DNA of 64,000 nucleotides from Pavona decussata (Eukaryota): NCBI GenBank assembly GCA_977016875.1, contig CDRNST010000011.1, positions 806,001-870,000 on the forward strand, written 5' to 3'. A program made the position numbers and the translations under genes. This document shows positions 13,206 through 26,019 of this stretch, one piece after another; position 1 is the stretch's first letter; each line of letters opens with the position of its first letter. The notes beneath the pieces were generated by a model. The model ran no database searches and had not been told where the DNA came from. It saw only the letters and a list, made by a program, of their open reading frames with translations.

Positions 13206-14304
13206 TTAAGTTTATACCAGGGACCTACCTGTTTATACGTTTTCTATTTATATATATTTTATTTGTGGCCTTTTCGCTTAAGTCTTACTTTGTATTGACA
13301 TAACCGCGGCCTGGTTTACGATTGATACATACAACTGACTGTAAGCTTATATACATCAATTTCAAACCTTAGTTTTTGAAACAAAGAACAAAGAAAATTG
13401 TGATTTGAAAAATATTTCACTTGTTCGCTGCGCTCACTCGTGAAATATTTTTTCAACACTCGAAGAGAAATTTCGTATCTCCGCGCGGCCATGTAATATC
13501 CTCTATATATACTAAGCTAATATCCGACGTGTACGCGCCCACAAAATTTTCTTCGAAGAAGAAAATTAAGAAGTATTCTAAAGGAAGAGGACAATGACCA
13601 ATGCAAAGTACTTATAAAGACAAGAAGTCGACAAAAAACTTAGCTTCTTTCCGTGAGCTTCTGATTCTTGTGAAATCGCTTTGGAAGGAAAAACGAATTA
13701 CGACCATGATCGCCGCCATCAATGGTCATTATTCAACACAATGTAGCAATGCCCTGGAATATGTTTATGGTGCACTGGATATTCGTCGTCCGTAGTCAAC
13801 AGATATCCTGCGATATACGTAATTTCGTGTGTCGGGAAGGAAAATGGCAAGATGAAGGTCATCTCCAGGTTTCCTAAGTACAATAAAACGGTGCTTTGTT
13901 ATGAATATCTTGAATAATAAAACAATTATCCTGTTCAATCTTGCGGAATATCCCCTGATTTTTGCCCACTCGGCCTATGGCCTCGTTGGCTTAGAGTAAG
14001 GCGATATTCCGCAGGATTTCGCAGGATACTACTCGTTATTCTTCAGAGGAAGTATCTATTGTAATAAGATCAGCTTCGAAACCGAAAACCACATGGTGGA
14101 ATCCTTTTTTGAAACTTAACTGAATATAGATTTGCCTCGAACCTTTGAATTGCGGTGAAATCACTGTCGGTTAAAAGTAACTTAGCAGAGTGTGAGTTAA
14201 GCGACATTCAGATGAATTCTTAAGGACACCATGTATTCGGAGTAAGATAGCACGCAGTTCTCTACTCCCCTTTCAAAGTTCACAATATTATAAACTAAAT
14301 TCAA

Positions 14305-15240
14305 TTTTAAGAGGACATTACGGCTTTATAATGACGGCTAGTTGGGAGGAAATATATTCCGTATTGGGCGGAGTCGCGAAGTGGCGGAGCCTAATACGAA
14401 ATATATATTCTCTCAACGCCATCATTATAAAGCCGTAATGTCGTCTCAAAATATTTAGTTTTTTTTTTTATCGCGATACAAACATTTTATTGGCGAGAGT
14501 AAACGGAAAAAGTACAAATCGTGCGCTGACTGAAAGAGAAATTCTTATCTCAGTCAAACTGTGCCCAATGTAGTCGTCCGTACACGAAATTTTCTCTGTG
14601 GCGGGTTATTTGAATTTTGGCTTTAACCTTTAGGTCAAAACAAAGAAAATGCAAAGAAAAAAAATTACAGTCCATAAAGTACCTATTATTGATAAAATAG
14701 ACGAGCTAGTAGGTTTAAACATTTTACCAGCAAACTTTATTGAAAATTTGTTTGCCGCCGCGAGATAGACAACAACATGGAAACAGTGATGAATAGACCT
14801 CACAACCAGAAGCGAGAATAAAAATAGCAACAATAACAGTACCCCAAAACGAAAAAAGAGCATTGTTATCCTAGCTTAGATGCCGAAGAGTTTAAAAAAT
14901 TTGAAATAAACCAATCGGCGAAGAATACTGTAAAAATTACCGAGTCTGCCGTTCAGCGCTTGCGCTACCGTACAAGAAGATCAAATTGACAGACCAGAAC
15001 CATGAAAGACAACAAAGCAGAGCTCTTGGAGCACCCTTTTTCTAGAGAAAAGAGACACCAGAAAAGAAACTTTCGGCGAGGAATATGAGCCAGCAAGTTT
15101 GACAGCCTACCGAAATGGCTTGAGAAGGTATTTTCTGGAGAGGCGCGAAGGTGAAAATTTCGGCATTAGAGATGATGCTAATTTAAACAAAAAAAACTTT
15201 TCGCAAAGCGAAAGCATCTCAAAGCGGCTGAAAAGGGAAG
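14305..15240 (+). mobile_element. Second Crypton-like remnant with ~145-bp terminal hairpin
   Basis: Hairpin gacattacggctttataatga...tcattataaagccgtaatgtc. Coding relic ...QSAKNTVKITESAV...GEEYEPASLTAYRNGLRRYFLE (YEPxSL...LxRY motif of DUF3504 proteins). Confidence 0.65.
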
Positions 15241-15558
15241 TAGTCCAAATAAATCAGATTCTTTTGCTTCGAAAATTCCATAATTTATTGGAATGTAAGG
15301 TCATTGTTATTTACCTTGGCCGTCTACACACTAAAGGAAAAGTCTTTTAAGTAAATTTCTCTTCATCGAATGTAAGTAATTACTCTTTTTCGCTTGCCTT
15401 CAAGAAAAAGTTGTATCCGCGGTATATGGTATACATGTTAACCACAAAACAAATATTATTAGTGTTTCTCGAACAATGTCAGAAGCTTTGTAAACTCAAA
15501 TGAACAGAAATAAACAACACCATCGAACGTCGCATGTTCATTCACAGAAGTAAAATTT

Positions 15559-15791
15559 NNNNNNNNNNNNNNNNNNNNNNNNNNNNNNNNNNNNNNNNNN
15601 NNNNNNNNNNNNNNNNNNNNNNNNNNNNNNNNNNNNNNNNNNNNNNNNNNNNNNNNNNNNNNNNNNNNNNNNNNNNNNNNNNNNNNNNNNNNNNNNNNNN
15701 NNNNNNNNNNNNNNNNNNNNNNNNNNNNNNNNNNNNNNNNNNNNNNNNNNNNNNNNNNNNNNNNNNNNNNNNNNNNNNNNNNNNNNNNNNN
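15559..15791. other. Assembly gap (N run)
   Basis: 233 N bases. Confidence 1.
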
Positions 15792-17154
15792 AGGTTCTAA
15801 TAGTCTTCATGTTGGAGTTATCGATGCGTGTGCACCAGAGGAAAACGAAGAAAGACAAGGAGATCAGCGAGATGAAGACAAAGCCATGGCGTGGAAGCGA
15901 CAGAGACCGTCTGCTCTCTGCACAGTTTGTAAATCAATGTACGCTGGAGCTTTGATTTCACTACTAGCCGCGACAATGGTTGGTGCACTATACATGCTGG
16001 CTGTTTATCTCTCTTTTAGAACGGTGCAAAACTGTCAGTTTTACCCAAGGAACTCAATTTCAATTCAAACGCAGTGGATTAGATCCATGCCTGATGTGAT
16101 TTCTTGTGCTTTTCTTTATATTTGGTTCTTTGTACTCACACTATTTCTTTTTTCGCCCGTTTCAGCTGAAGGGAGTAAAAAAGAAACTGCTTCTTGTGTG
16201 CTTTGTTACATACACTTTGGATGCAATTTATCGTGTTGTTCTACAAGCAATCGGAATATCATATTCGAACATTGCTAATGTACAAAAGATTCCCCTCAAT
16301 ACTATTTTTCTTATAAACCAATGTCTGCAAATTTATCTCTTAACCAATCACTTCTGCTCACGTTCAAGGCAAAAGCTCACTTTGTTCTTCCAAACGGATA
16401 GTACCAGGTTGTTTCTGTTTCTTTACCTTCTTTATCGTAGCCTCACTGATCTATCCAGCATACAAACAATAAAATGCGACTGGAAAACTGTTAATTGGAC
16501 TGTTCGCTCCTCTTCTTGGAATCGTCCTCAAAGTAATATCGAGAATTTGCGCTCAGCGGTTTTATAACAATGTGTTGTTGTCGGCGTTGTATTTTGGCTC
16601 CGCGCTTATCTTTCGAGTTTTACAGGCGGATCTTGAGAATTTAGAATCCATCGCTATTCTTGGAATCATTCACGGCGCTGCAGAAGTCATAGAACGAAGC
16701 ACCATGGCTGTGATTAATCACATTTGTCATATGGTTTGGAAAAGAACATCAGCTCCTTGGGGAAGTTTTCGTACTCCTCGTCGTGAGAGACTAATGGCTG
16801 TTATCGCTATCATGGGCATGTTGTTTGTCTGTTAATGGGTACTTATACTTGTATCAATTTATTTTCTTGAAAAACAAGCCCCTCTTCGATTTATTTCGGT
16901 TATTTGCTATCCACACTTCAGTATCCCTTGTAACTGAGTGGGCCTTTACAAGTGGCTCTATAGCGAGAGCCACTCGTTATCAGAATATTGCTGTCCTTGC
17001 TGTTTGGCGAAGACGATGGAAAAGACATATTTTAGTGGCGATAGTTAATGCGGTGCCAGTGGCAATGTGGACTAGTACAAACCTCTTAGTCATTGTTCAT
17101 GAGCGCTTTCGTGAAGCATCCAATGTGCCCTGTTGTAAGATGCCGTTTACTTGA
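15792..17154 (+). pseudogene. Membrane-protein family copy 4 (multiple lesions; 5' end in the gap)
   Basis: Four overlapping ORF pieces. Frameshifts near 16150, 16395 and 16828, a stop near 16470, and deletion of the THPAYSY segment. Closest to copy 5. Confidence 0.92.
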
Positions 17155-17810
17155 GAAATGACGGAAATTGAAGAATGGATTGCTGCCTGAGAGTACCTGT
17201 CTCAACGTTTACCCGGATTATCGTTTTTAATTTTGTTCTTTCAAACATTGTATCCTTTTACGTTTCTTAAGAACTGTCAATAGCGTTTGTGCAGCATCAT
17301 TGGATGACTAGATAAACTCAAAATCAGACGTTCACCACGATGCGCGTTTAGCTTATAGCAAAACAAAGCAAATTTGTGTTAATTTTTACTTTTGTAAAGG
17401 TCGGCGTTTCTCAGTGATCTCAGTAAAAGCAAAGTAATCGCATCACTGGGGGCCCCACTACGTAACCGTTGACAAAATGAAAATGAATAACTAAATCACC
17501 GAAATGTACATGGTGGGCTTTTCTTGTTCATTTTCCTACATTTTATGCAAGTCGGAATTGATAAACGGAGCAGAACTACAATCGTCGCCAAAACTCTTAA
17601 GAAGATTGCTAAGTTTTACCTCGCCTTCACTCCCCCCCCCCCTCCTCCCCCCGTGACAATGTTGAGTTTTAACTGTGAATATTTGCGTATTATTCTTCTT
17701 GGGGAATACAACATTGAAAAGGAGGATGGACGAAACGACGAACAAAGGCGTAAACGAACGTAAGTAATAAAAATTGCTATACCGGGTTTTGTCATAGGTT
17801 ACACTCTCTA

Positions 17811-20800
17811 TAGTCCATGACCCAGAGAGTGAAACCCTCCCCCCATCTCGGGAGTTTTGCAGACATGTATCATTTTAAACCTTTACCCAAGGGTATTCCA
17901 AAAATCGATGTTTGCACTTGTTCGATTGGTGGGTGTGGCCGTGCAGCGCCATTGTTTATTTTAATCAAAGTGCCACAGGCTACCCAACCCAGAATTTTAC
18001 AAACAATCTTCTTAAAAGCTATTATCCATGGAATCAACACACAAAACTACGCATACTTACTCTTCCCCATCCCCTCTGTTAGATGATACCCCCAACGTTC
18101 ACTTTTAAGCTTCAGATTTGACTACTGCGCATGTCACAAACTTCATTCAGCCTGTGCAAGGGGTATATGTAAAGTGATGTATAAAAATTACTCATGTTTC
18201 CTTGCTGTAAATAAAACAGAGCAGTTACGCACCTTTACTAGATTTAATAGATTGCAACCTCTTTACATTCATTGTAAACAATCAGTATGATTTGCTTGTC
18301 TCACTATGTAGTCACTGGCTGTGGTCCGCAACGTATCGACTATTAACTGCTACTCTTCGTGAGGTGATGGGGTCGAATGGTTACGCGTCACCATCGTCAG
18401 CAGACCATTGTGCTACAAGTAGTAAAAGTGGTTAATGTTCGTCACCCAGTTTCCCCATGTACATTTCAGAACAGATCCGCGCTTTCTAATACAGTATCAG
18501 GCATCATACTTCTGAGGAACATCGAACAGATCGGCCCTTTGTTCGAGGTTGATCAGATGTTGTAGGAGTGACTGTATCATTTCTTGTATCTTTTGACACT
18601 TCCTGAATGATAATGCCGTGAGCAGTATGTATTGTGCCTGCGCCCGCTGGCTTTTCCTCCCTCAAGTCGAAGATGTCCCAGCACAGGTGGGTGACTACGT
18701 TCATGTTTGGGCTGGAATAACACCTTCTTGTCTATCAATAGCTTTGCACCTAGCTATTTCTAGCTCAAGAACCCGCGAGTAGGAAGCACAATGGCCAAAT
18801 CGATTAATCAGCGTTAAAATCTCAGCACTGCCAGTCAAGTGCCTCAAAGTCATTCCAAGAAGTAGGTGTTTTGGCATCGTCCACTGTCCATTGGTAACCG
18901 CTTTACAGTTATCTTGGGCACACTGAAGATATCAGTCTTTGTCAACTTGCAGAACTATCTTTCTTTACGGCAAGTAAACCGGACAGAAAAATCTTGAAGG
19001 TATGGCGGTGGTAGTACGTTATCACTCACAAGAAAATCTGCTGATGGAGGCCATGGCATTTCTTCAGATTCGATGTGCGCACTTTGAATAGCTCTTCGTA
19101 AAAGTGAATGCTACCTCTTAAAGTCGCTTGGTTTTAGAAGCCGCCACTTCAAATGCCACTCCGATTGCTTCCCCCGTTTTGATGTCTGATGAATACACAA
19201 ACTCGCTTCTGTAATTTGGTTGCCAAACCTGGATTGAACTTCCAAACTGCTTAACAAACTTTAACTTAAGTTTCCCTAGTTTATTATCAGGATTATAGCA
19301 GTCAGGACTGTTTTGTAGGATGTAAGCCAGGTACCACTCACGAAGCATCGACAAACTCTCCACATTACCTCCTGATATGATTGATTTGTTAACATGCTCA
19401 CATAGATTGTCGAAAGCAGCCTTGTGAGTTGCCATCATGGCTGCCGGGGCCTCATTTGATTCCTGTTCTTTGAGGACCTCTTAGCTGTTTACTGATCGAG
19501 TGTAATTTTTACGACACGAAGCATGGTAATGCGCTTCTTTGGCGACTAAGTCAATGCCCTGTATCTTCAGCAGAATATCTCCATTTTGTTTTGTCTCTGC
19601 GGCCCTCTTTATTGAATCTTCCACTGCTTTTGTGACACCGGCTTGACTAGATGCTCCTCTTTTCCGGACTTCCGTATATGGTTTTTGTCGCAGAAGGTAC
19701 CTATCAGCTGGCATTAGGCGCGATGGTGTTGATGTCGACTTTCCTGTCAACCTGTGCCTTTTGACAGCATCCGGTCCGGGCTCCGAATTGCTGCTAGATG
19801 CCGGCTTTTTGCGTTTCACTGGTCGAAAACATTTGTGAAGCGTTGATAGCATGACCTATGGTATCCTTACCTGGCTGGTAAAAATTTGCTTGGAATATTT
19901 GAGCAGATGTCGTCTAACCTGTCTTTACCGGCCATAGACTGTCTGAGATCAGAAGCCGCTTTGATGTTTTGGAACCTTGTTCCAGACATAACAGTAATGT
20001 TTGTCTCTTTGCACATGATGGAAGGCAATGAAGTGCTACAACAAAACATTCATGCCAAGTAAACAAACAATGAAGATATGTTTTTGAACATGTACATAAC
20101 AGGTTCTTTTTTTTAAATAAATAAATGAATAAATAAAGTTTGTTTACCAGAGACCTAAAGCTTTGGATGTTTTATACAATTCTTTTGATTGTTGTTTTAG
20201 CTTTCAATAGATAAATTGGCACGATCAAGGATTTTAACTTTACAGACAGGCGTAATGGAGAAGGAGGAAAAAAAATGGAAAGGCTTTAAGGATTAAAAGT
20301 TCTAAAGCAACGAAAATCAAAAGTAAAAAGAACGTTTCCGCGAGGTGCTTCATTCATTTTGCAAATGTCAAAGAGACAAACGTTACTGTTATGTCTGAAA
20401 CAAGTTTCCAAAAAATCAGAGCGGTTTCTTATCTCTGACAGTCTAGATAGGTATAAGCTAAATGAACTTTGTGACATGCGCAGTGGTCAACTTTGAAGCT
20501 TAAAAGTGAACGTTGGGGTATCATCTAACAGAGGGGATGGTGAACAGTAAGTATGCGTAGTTTTGTGTGTTAATTCCATGGATAATAGCTTTTAACGAGA
20601 ATGTTTGTAAAATTCCGGGCTGGGTAGCCTGTGGCACTATGATTAAAAAAATAAAAAAAAAAAAAAAGAATGGCGCCGTACGGCCACACCCACGAATCGA
20701 TCAAGTGAAAACGTCGATTTTTGGAATACCCTTGGGTAGAGGTTTAAAATGATACATGTCTGCAAAAATCCCGAGATGGGGGGAGGGTTTCACTCTCTGG

Positions 20801-20811
20801 CCCATGGACTA
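17811..20811 (-). mobile_element. Academ DNA transposon, internally deleted
   Basis: ~350-bp TIRs starting TAGTCC and ending GGACTA, with a 3-bp TSD CTA. Decayed transposase on minus: DLVAKEAHYHASC, MPKHLLLGMTLRHLTGS...NRFGHCASY, WDIFDLREE..GAGTIHTAHGIIIQ. Confidence 0.85.
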
Positions 20812-20814
20812 CTA

Positions 20815-22190
20815 TATCTGATCATAGCAAGATCGTCCGACTCCAACTCTCTTCGCTTGCTAGACCCCAATCCTTTCTTCTCTAACCACTGTATTGTCTC
20901 TACTGTATTGTCTCTTGTGATTTTAATATCAACAAGCCAACTCGCAATACTGAATTAGCTCATTTAGGTAGCTCGTCAGAGCCATTATGACGTCCTTTAA
21001 GAAAGACCCGTTTCAATCGTAGCTACTGACGCGTACTCCTGAAAACATCCATGACATTGTAAGCTCTTGTAACTCTAACATGTCTAAGATGCTTGACAAA
21101 CATGCTCTCTCGTTAGACAAGATCACTAACGACTCATCCATGTGTTCCATGGTTTACCGATAGCATTAAAGCTGAAAAGTGTCGCAATCAGTCTGCTGAA
21201 TGAACTTGGAGGTATTCTAAACCTCTTCCCGGATCCATTTATTCAAGGTCAGAAGGAATTATTTAAATTTTCTCAGATTTCTCATGAAGAAGTCCTTACA
21301 GGATTATAATCAACGTTTCATCACGGAAAACATCACCAATCAGCGGAAGTTGTTCACAGCTAGTAAAAATCTGTCAAAGATTGAGCACGTAGTGATTTTT
21401 CTCCCTTATTCTGACAACTATTACACTCGCGAATAACTTTGGAAATTATTTCTGCCACAAGAATTGTTGACATTAGATCTTTGGTTCATAATGAACTATA
21501 ATGATTTTACTTACTTACCATACGGCATCAAAATTACTTTGCTGCTATTTTGCTGCATGGTTTATCTAATGATATGCACTGTCGTATACATTTGAAAGTC
21601 TTTCTGAGAAAGAAAAGGAACCTGCCAGATTCTTTAAAAAGAGAAATCTTGCGTCTACGATCCTATCCCCATTTTACACTACTCTTCATTGACTGCCTCG
21701 ATGTCATGTTGCTGTGATGAAGAAAATAATACTTCTCTTTAATTTGGCTACTCTCCAAGGTAGCTGATATATCGGATTCCAACACAGCAATCTTGTAAAG
21801 CAGTTGTAATTAGTTTTAGTTTTTAACTTAACCTTAACTGATGATTTTCCGTGTTTAAATAAAGATTTACATACATACAATGAAAAGCATAATTAGTGAC
21901 TCCACTCCTTTAAAAGAAAACTAGATCGGACCGTTAGTAATCTCTAAAAAAATATATATCCAAGCTGACCGAGTATGCTGTCCGGCTAATCAACTTCAAA
22001 AACATATGTCCTTGCACCACCTTTTCCTTTTGCTTCAATATGCTCACCGGACAAATAATAGCACTGAAACTGCGTTGTTGAAAGTAAAACAAGACTTGAT
22101 GAACGTGAATAAACGCCATGTATCGCTCCTTGTTATTATAGATCTCGGCGCCACATGTGATACCGAGTAGACCACGAGATTCTGTCGTTT
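20815..22190 (+). mobile_element. Decayed L2/CR1-clade LINE ORF2 (interrupted by the Academ element)
   Basis: Endonuclease-end relic TL(Y)LIIAR...SNH spans the Academ site. RT motifs VSNL..ISKLTE, QYAHR..STETALLKV, LLVIIDLGATCDT.VDHEIL. Confidence 0.8.
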
Positions 22191-22451
22191 ATCTACCCTG
22201 TTCACAACAGGTTTCTATCAACTTATTCTTTTCGTAGAAGTTTTACATCTGGAGGGAATTATTTTAAAAATGGTCTGGGAATTATCTATCAACTGAAGGT
22301 CTATCAACACTTTTGGTTTCTGGAATATGATGTCAATCATTGGCAGAATTTCATTTTCGTCATCCTTATAAATATCTGAGCTTATAAAGCACTTCCTCTG
22401 AAAACTGAGAAACATACACTGTGATAGTGTAGCGCTGATTCACTGATCAAA

Positions 22452-24068
22452 ATGGCTGGCAGTACACTGATAGAGGTTTTCAGTCCTATAGTGTTCAGTT
22501 TTACAAGAGGCGTGACAGAGAATTGCAATCCAGAAGAACCTGAATTCACTGAAGAGTTTTTTGGTTACAATCCTCTTGAAAGCACAGGTCGAGAATGGTA
22601 TTATCATCCTGTAGATGAGCTTATTTACCAAGAATACAGCGACAGAGAAGCTGCAAGCTTGGACTATCTAGCATCTAGCTGTCTTAATATAAGAGTTATA
22701 AATGCATGCTCACCAGTTGAAAACAGGGAAGCACTGGACGATAAGCGAGGTGAGGATAATGTCATGGCTTGGAAGCGACATCGACCATCCGCAGTCCGCA
22801 CAGTATGTAAATCGATGTACACTGGAGCTTTGATTTCGATTGTAACTGCTATTCTAGTGGGTTTTTTATATATGCTAGTCTCCTATCTCTCCTATGAAAC
22901 TGTGCACAGTTGTCAGTTCCAGCCCGTTAACACAACTTCAGAACAAACGCAGTGGATAAGAACAATGTCCGGTGTTGCCACTTGTGCTTTACTCTACATC
23001 TGGTTCTTTGCACTTCTGTTCTTTCTCTTTCGCCCATTTCAGTTGAAGGGCGTAAAAGCAAAACTAATCCTGGCGTGTAGCATATTCTATTGCTTGGATT
23101 CACTTTATCGCGTTGCTCTACAGGCCCTTGGAATATCTCATTCCCACATTTCTTACTTGCAAAAGATTCCACTTAACGCTTTGTTTCTTGTTAATCAATG
23201 TCTGCAAGTGTATTTGATAACGAATCACTTGTGCACACGATCAAAACAGAAGCTGACTTTGTTCTTTCAAATGATAGTACCAGGTTGTTTCTGCTTTTTT
23301 ACTTTCTTCATCGTAGCCTCGTTAATTTATCCAGCGTATAACAAACAAGAAAACAAAGACGGCAAACTGTTAATAGCACTGTTCGCTCCCCTTATTGGAG
23401 TCGCATTAAAAGTTATTTCACGAATTTGCGTTCAGCGGTTATGGAACATAACCCATCCGGGATATTCCTATGTCTTATTATCGCCACTGTATTGTGGATC
23501 AGCGGTCGTATTTCGAGTTTTACAAGCGGATCTAGAAAGTTTGAAATCCATTGCTTTTCTTGGAATACTTCATGGCGCTGCAGAAGTCATAGAACGAAGC
23601 ACCATGGTTGTCATTGATCACATTTGTTATGCGTTGTGGAAACGAAAATCAGCTCCTTGGGGAAGTTTTCGTACTCCTCGCCGTGAGAGACTAATGGCTG
23701 ATATCGTCATCATGAGCATGTTGTTTGAATCAACTGCTATTGTGGCTGTTAATGGCTACTTGTATTTGTATCAATTTGTTTACTTGGAAAATAATTCACT
23801 CCTAGTGTTGCTGCAGTCTTTCTCCATTCATGTTTCAGTTCAACTGGGGATTGAGTGGTTTTTCACCAGCATATCTTTAGCAATCGTGACTCGTTACCAG
23901 AATATGGCAGTCATGGCTGTTTGGCGAAGACAATGGAAAAGACACATTTTAGTGGCAATTGTGAATGCGGTACCAATGGCCTTCTGGACTAGCACTAACC
24001 TGTTAGCTGTTGTACATGGGCGGCTCAGCGAAGCATCAAATAAACCCTGCAAGATGCCGTTTACATGA
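22452..24068 (+). CDS. Membrane-protein family copy 5 (538 aa, intact)
   Basis: Full ORF from aaaATGG to ...PCKMPFT*. Confidence 0.93.
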   Translation: MAGSTLIEVFSPIVFSFTRGVTENCNPEEPEFTEEFFGYNPLESTGREWYYHPVDELIYQEYSDREAASLDYLASSCLNIRVINACSPVENREALDDKRGEDNVMAWKRHRPSAVRTVCKSMYTGALISIVTAILVGFLYMLVSYLSYETVHSCQFQPVNTTSEQTQWIRTMSGVATCALLYIWFFALLFFLFRPFQLKGVKAKLILACSIFYCLDSLYRVALQALGISHSHISYLQKIPLNALFLVNQCLQVYLITNHLCTRSKQKLTLFFQMIVPGCFCFFTFFIVASLIYPAYNKQENKDGKLLIALFAPLIGVALKVISRICVQRLWNITHPGYSYVLLSPLYCGSAVVFRVLQADLESLKSIAFLGILHGAAEVIERSTMVVIDHICYALWKRKSAPWGSFRTPRRERLMADIVIMSMLFESTAIVAVNGYLYLYQFVYLENNSLLVLLQSFSIHVSVQLGIEWFFTSISLAIVTRYQNMAVMAVWRRQWKRHILVAIVNAVPMAFWTSTNLLAVVHGRLSEASNKPCKMPFT

Positions 24069-24224
24069 CAATTGTTAGACTGATAAGAATTATCGCTTTG
24101 TTTTAATTTCCAACAAAATAACAATCATAATTTGACTATCGAAAGCCAATTTTTTTGGTAATCTTTTTCTATCAGTTCAGATCATCACAACCGGGTGGAT
24201 GTTGAATAATAGTTGAATAAAAAG

Positions 24225-24703
24225 CTGCTTCCAGGAGAGGGCACCGACCCCCATTGCAAACTTACTCAAAGTAAAGGACACAAAATATAACTTAAGGGGC
24301 ACAAACATGCTCTCATTGCCCAAAGTAAGAAACACCAAGCATGGTCTTAGGTCTTTTCGGTACTTCGCTGCAAAGACATGGAATGCGCTGCCGGACTCGA
24401 TTCGCGCCATGGCCGAGCACAAAGGAATTTTTAAGAAGTATTCGTCATGCAGCATTTTAAAATTGTTATTATCGTGGTTAGCTTTTGAAATTGTAAATTT
24501 TAATTTGTACTCACACATGTATTGTTACATGAATGATTGGATTGCCTGGATATTTTAGATTTTTAAACTCTTAGATTTTAGATTGTTAGCTAATTTTCAT
24601 CTTTCTTTTTGTTTTTGTAATTTTATCTGTTTATTTGTGGGCTTCCTGTAAAGTAGCTTTTAGCTAAGTGGAGTGCCACGTAAAATAAAGTTCTTATGTT
24701 ATT
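24225..24703 (+). mobile_element. 3' end of a CR1/L2-group LINE
   Basis: YNLRG...LSLPKVRNTKHGLRSFRYFAAKTWNALPDSIR C-terminus, T-rich 3' UTR ending aataaagttcttatgttat. Confidence 0.75.
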
Positions 24704-26019
24704 TTTCACGGTTGACCGAAATCATACTTTCCATTTTAGTGGCGTCTGATTGTTCAATCAAGCGCCGTTAAAAACCGGTAGAAATCGCGATAAATCAGCT
24801 CATAAACGAAATGAATAACAAGAAATACACTCTACTTCCCAAAAGTCGAACAGAAACCAGACTTGACTCATATCTGTAATTTAAACTGTACTGGAAGAGA
24901 CTGAAATTATGCGTTCCTAGGTCCCATGCTTCTTGATCGTGACGTTTTTTATCAACAATAACGGTTTGGAACCAAACTTTGAGTGGATGATAGGCGAAAA
25001 CGTATCAAAAAGTATGCGTATTTAAACGCATTAGTGTGAATGGGGCCTTAATAACAATCATTTCATCTGCGACCAACAACTAAAAATGGGATTCTCCGGT
25101 AAGATTCAGGCAAACAAAAAGGTATTTTTTGGACTCTCACGAGAGATCTTCACACTGCAATGATTAGCGGGAAATGAGATCAACCGAATGGAGACCTTGT
25201 AAGACGAACGCTTTCTACTTGTTGACGTAACCAAATAACAGGACAACGCCACCATCAGGGGTTTCTGTGAGATTCTCACAAGAAAGTGAGGTCGAAGGTC
25301 CTCATAAGAGTGAGACCAACGTACATACTAGTTCGATACCGGCAATGGCCCTAAAAATTCATCGTGGGTAGAAGGGGCTATTCTGTTGTTGTTTATTACA
25401 GGAAACGTAGAAACGGAGAAAACTTCGACTTCTCTCCTTCTCGTCGAACTGCCTCCTCCCATTTAGTAAGTCCGACTTCCAATAGATTTCAGTTTAAACG
25501 TCATACAATATTCACCCGGGAATAAAGATAACAAACAGCTAACAGGTATGGTAACTTTTTACAAGGGAGAGTCACGAACCACTTCCAATTATTTTTCGAT
25601 GCGAGTATTTCATAATTATTCCTGCATTTCACTGAAACTGTTAAGGAATATCATAAGTAGTTGATTTATGATATTAAAGTAGTCGTCGCAGTTGTCCCAG
25701 ACATTTGCTCATTGGAAAAAACAAATTTCCAAATCAAAACAATATTAAAACTCAGGTCAGAGTGAATCAAAGATTAAATCAGTGCTAATAGCTCAATCAT
25801 CCACTGCAGAGGCACTTTGAAACTAATTTCCACCCTGCGTAAAAGTTAATACGATGAAATGATAGAAAGAGACACAAAGAAGAATCGCGCTTTATATCCT
25901 GATCACATATGACGTCCCAATTATCGATCTGCCAGAAACTGATCATCTCCCGACCTTTGAAACTCTCTCCTCCTCCTCAAAAAGTATCTGCATGGGAAGT
26001 TAAGCTATCTTCTTTAGAG

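Noticed and set aside
15534-15858. ORFs spanning the N run
   Set aside because: Artefacts of the assembly gap.
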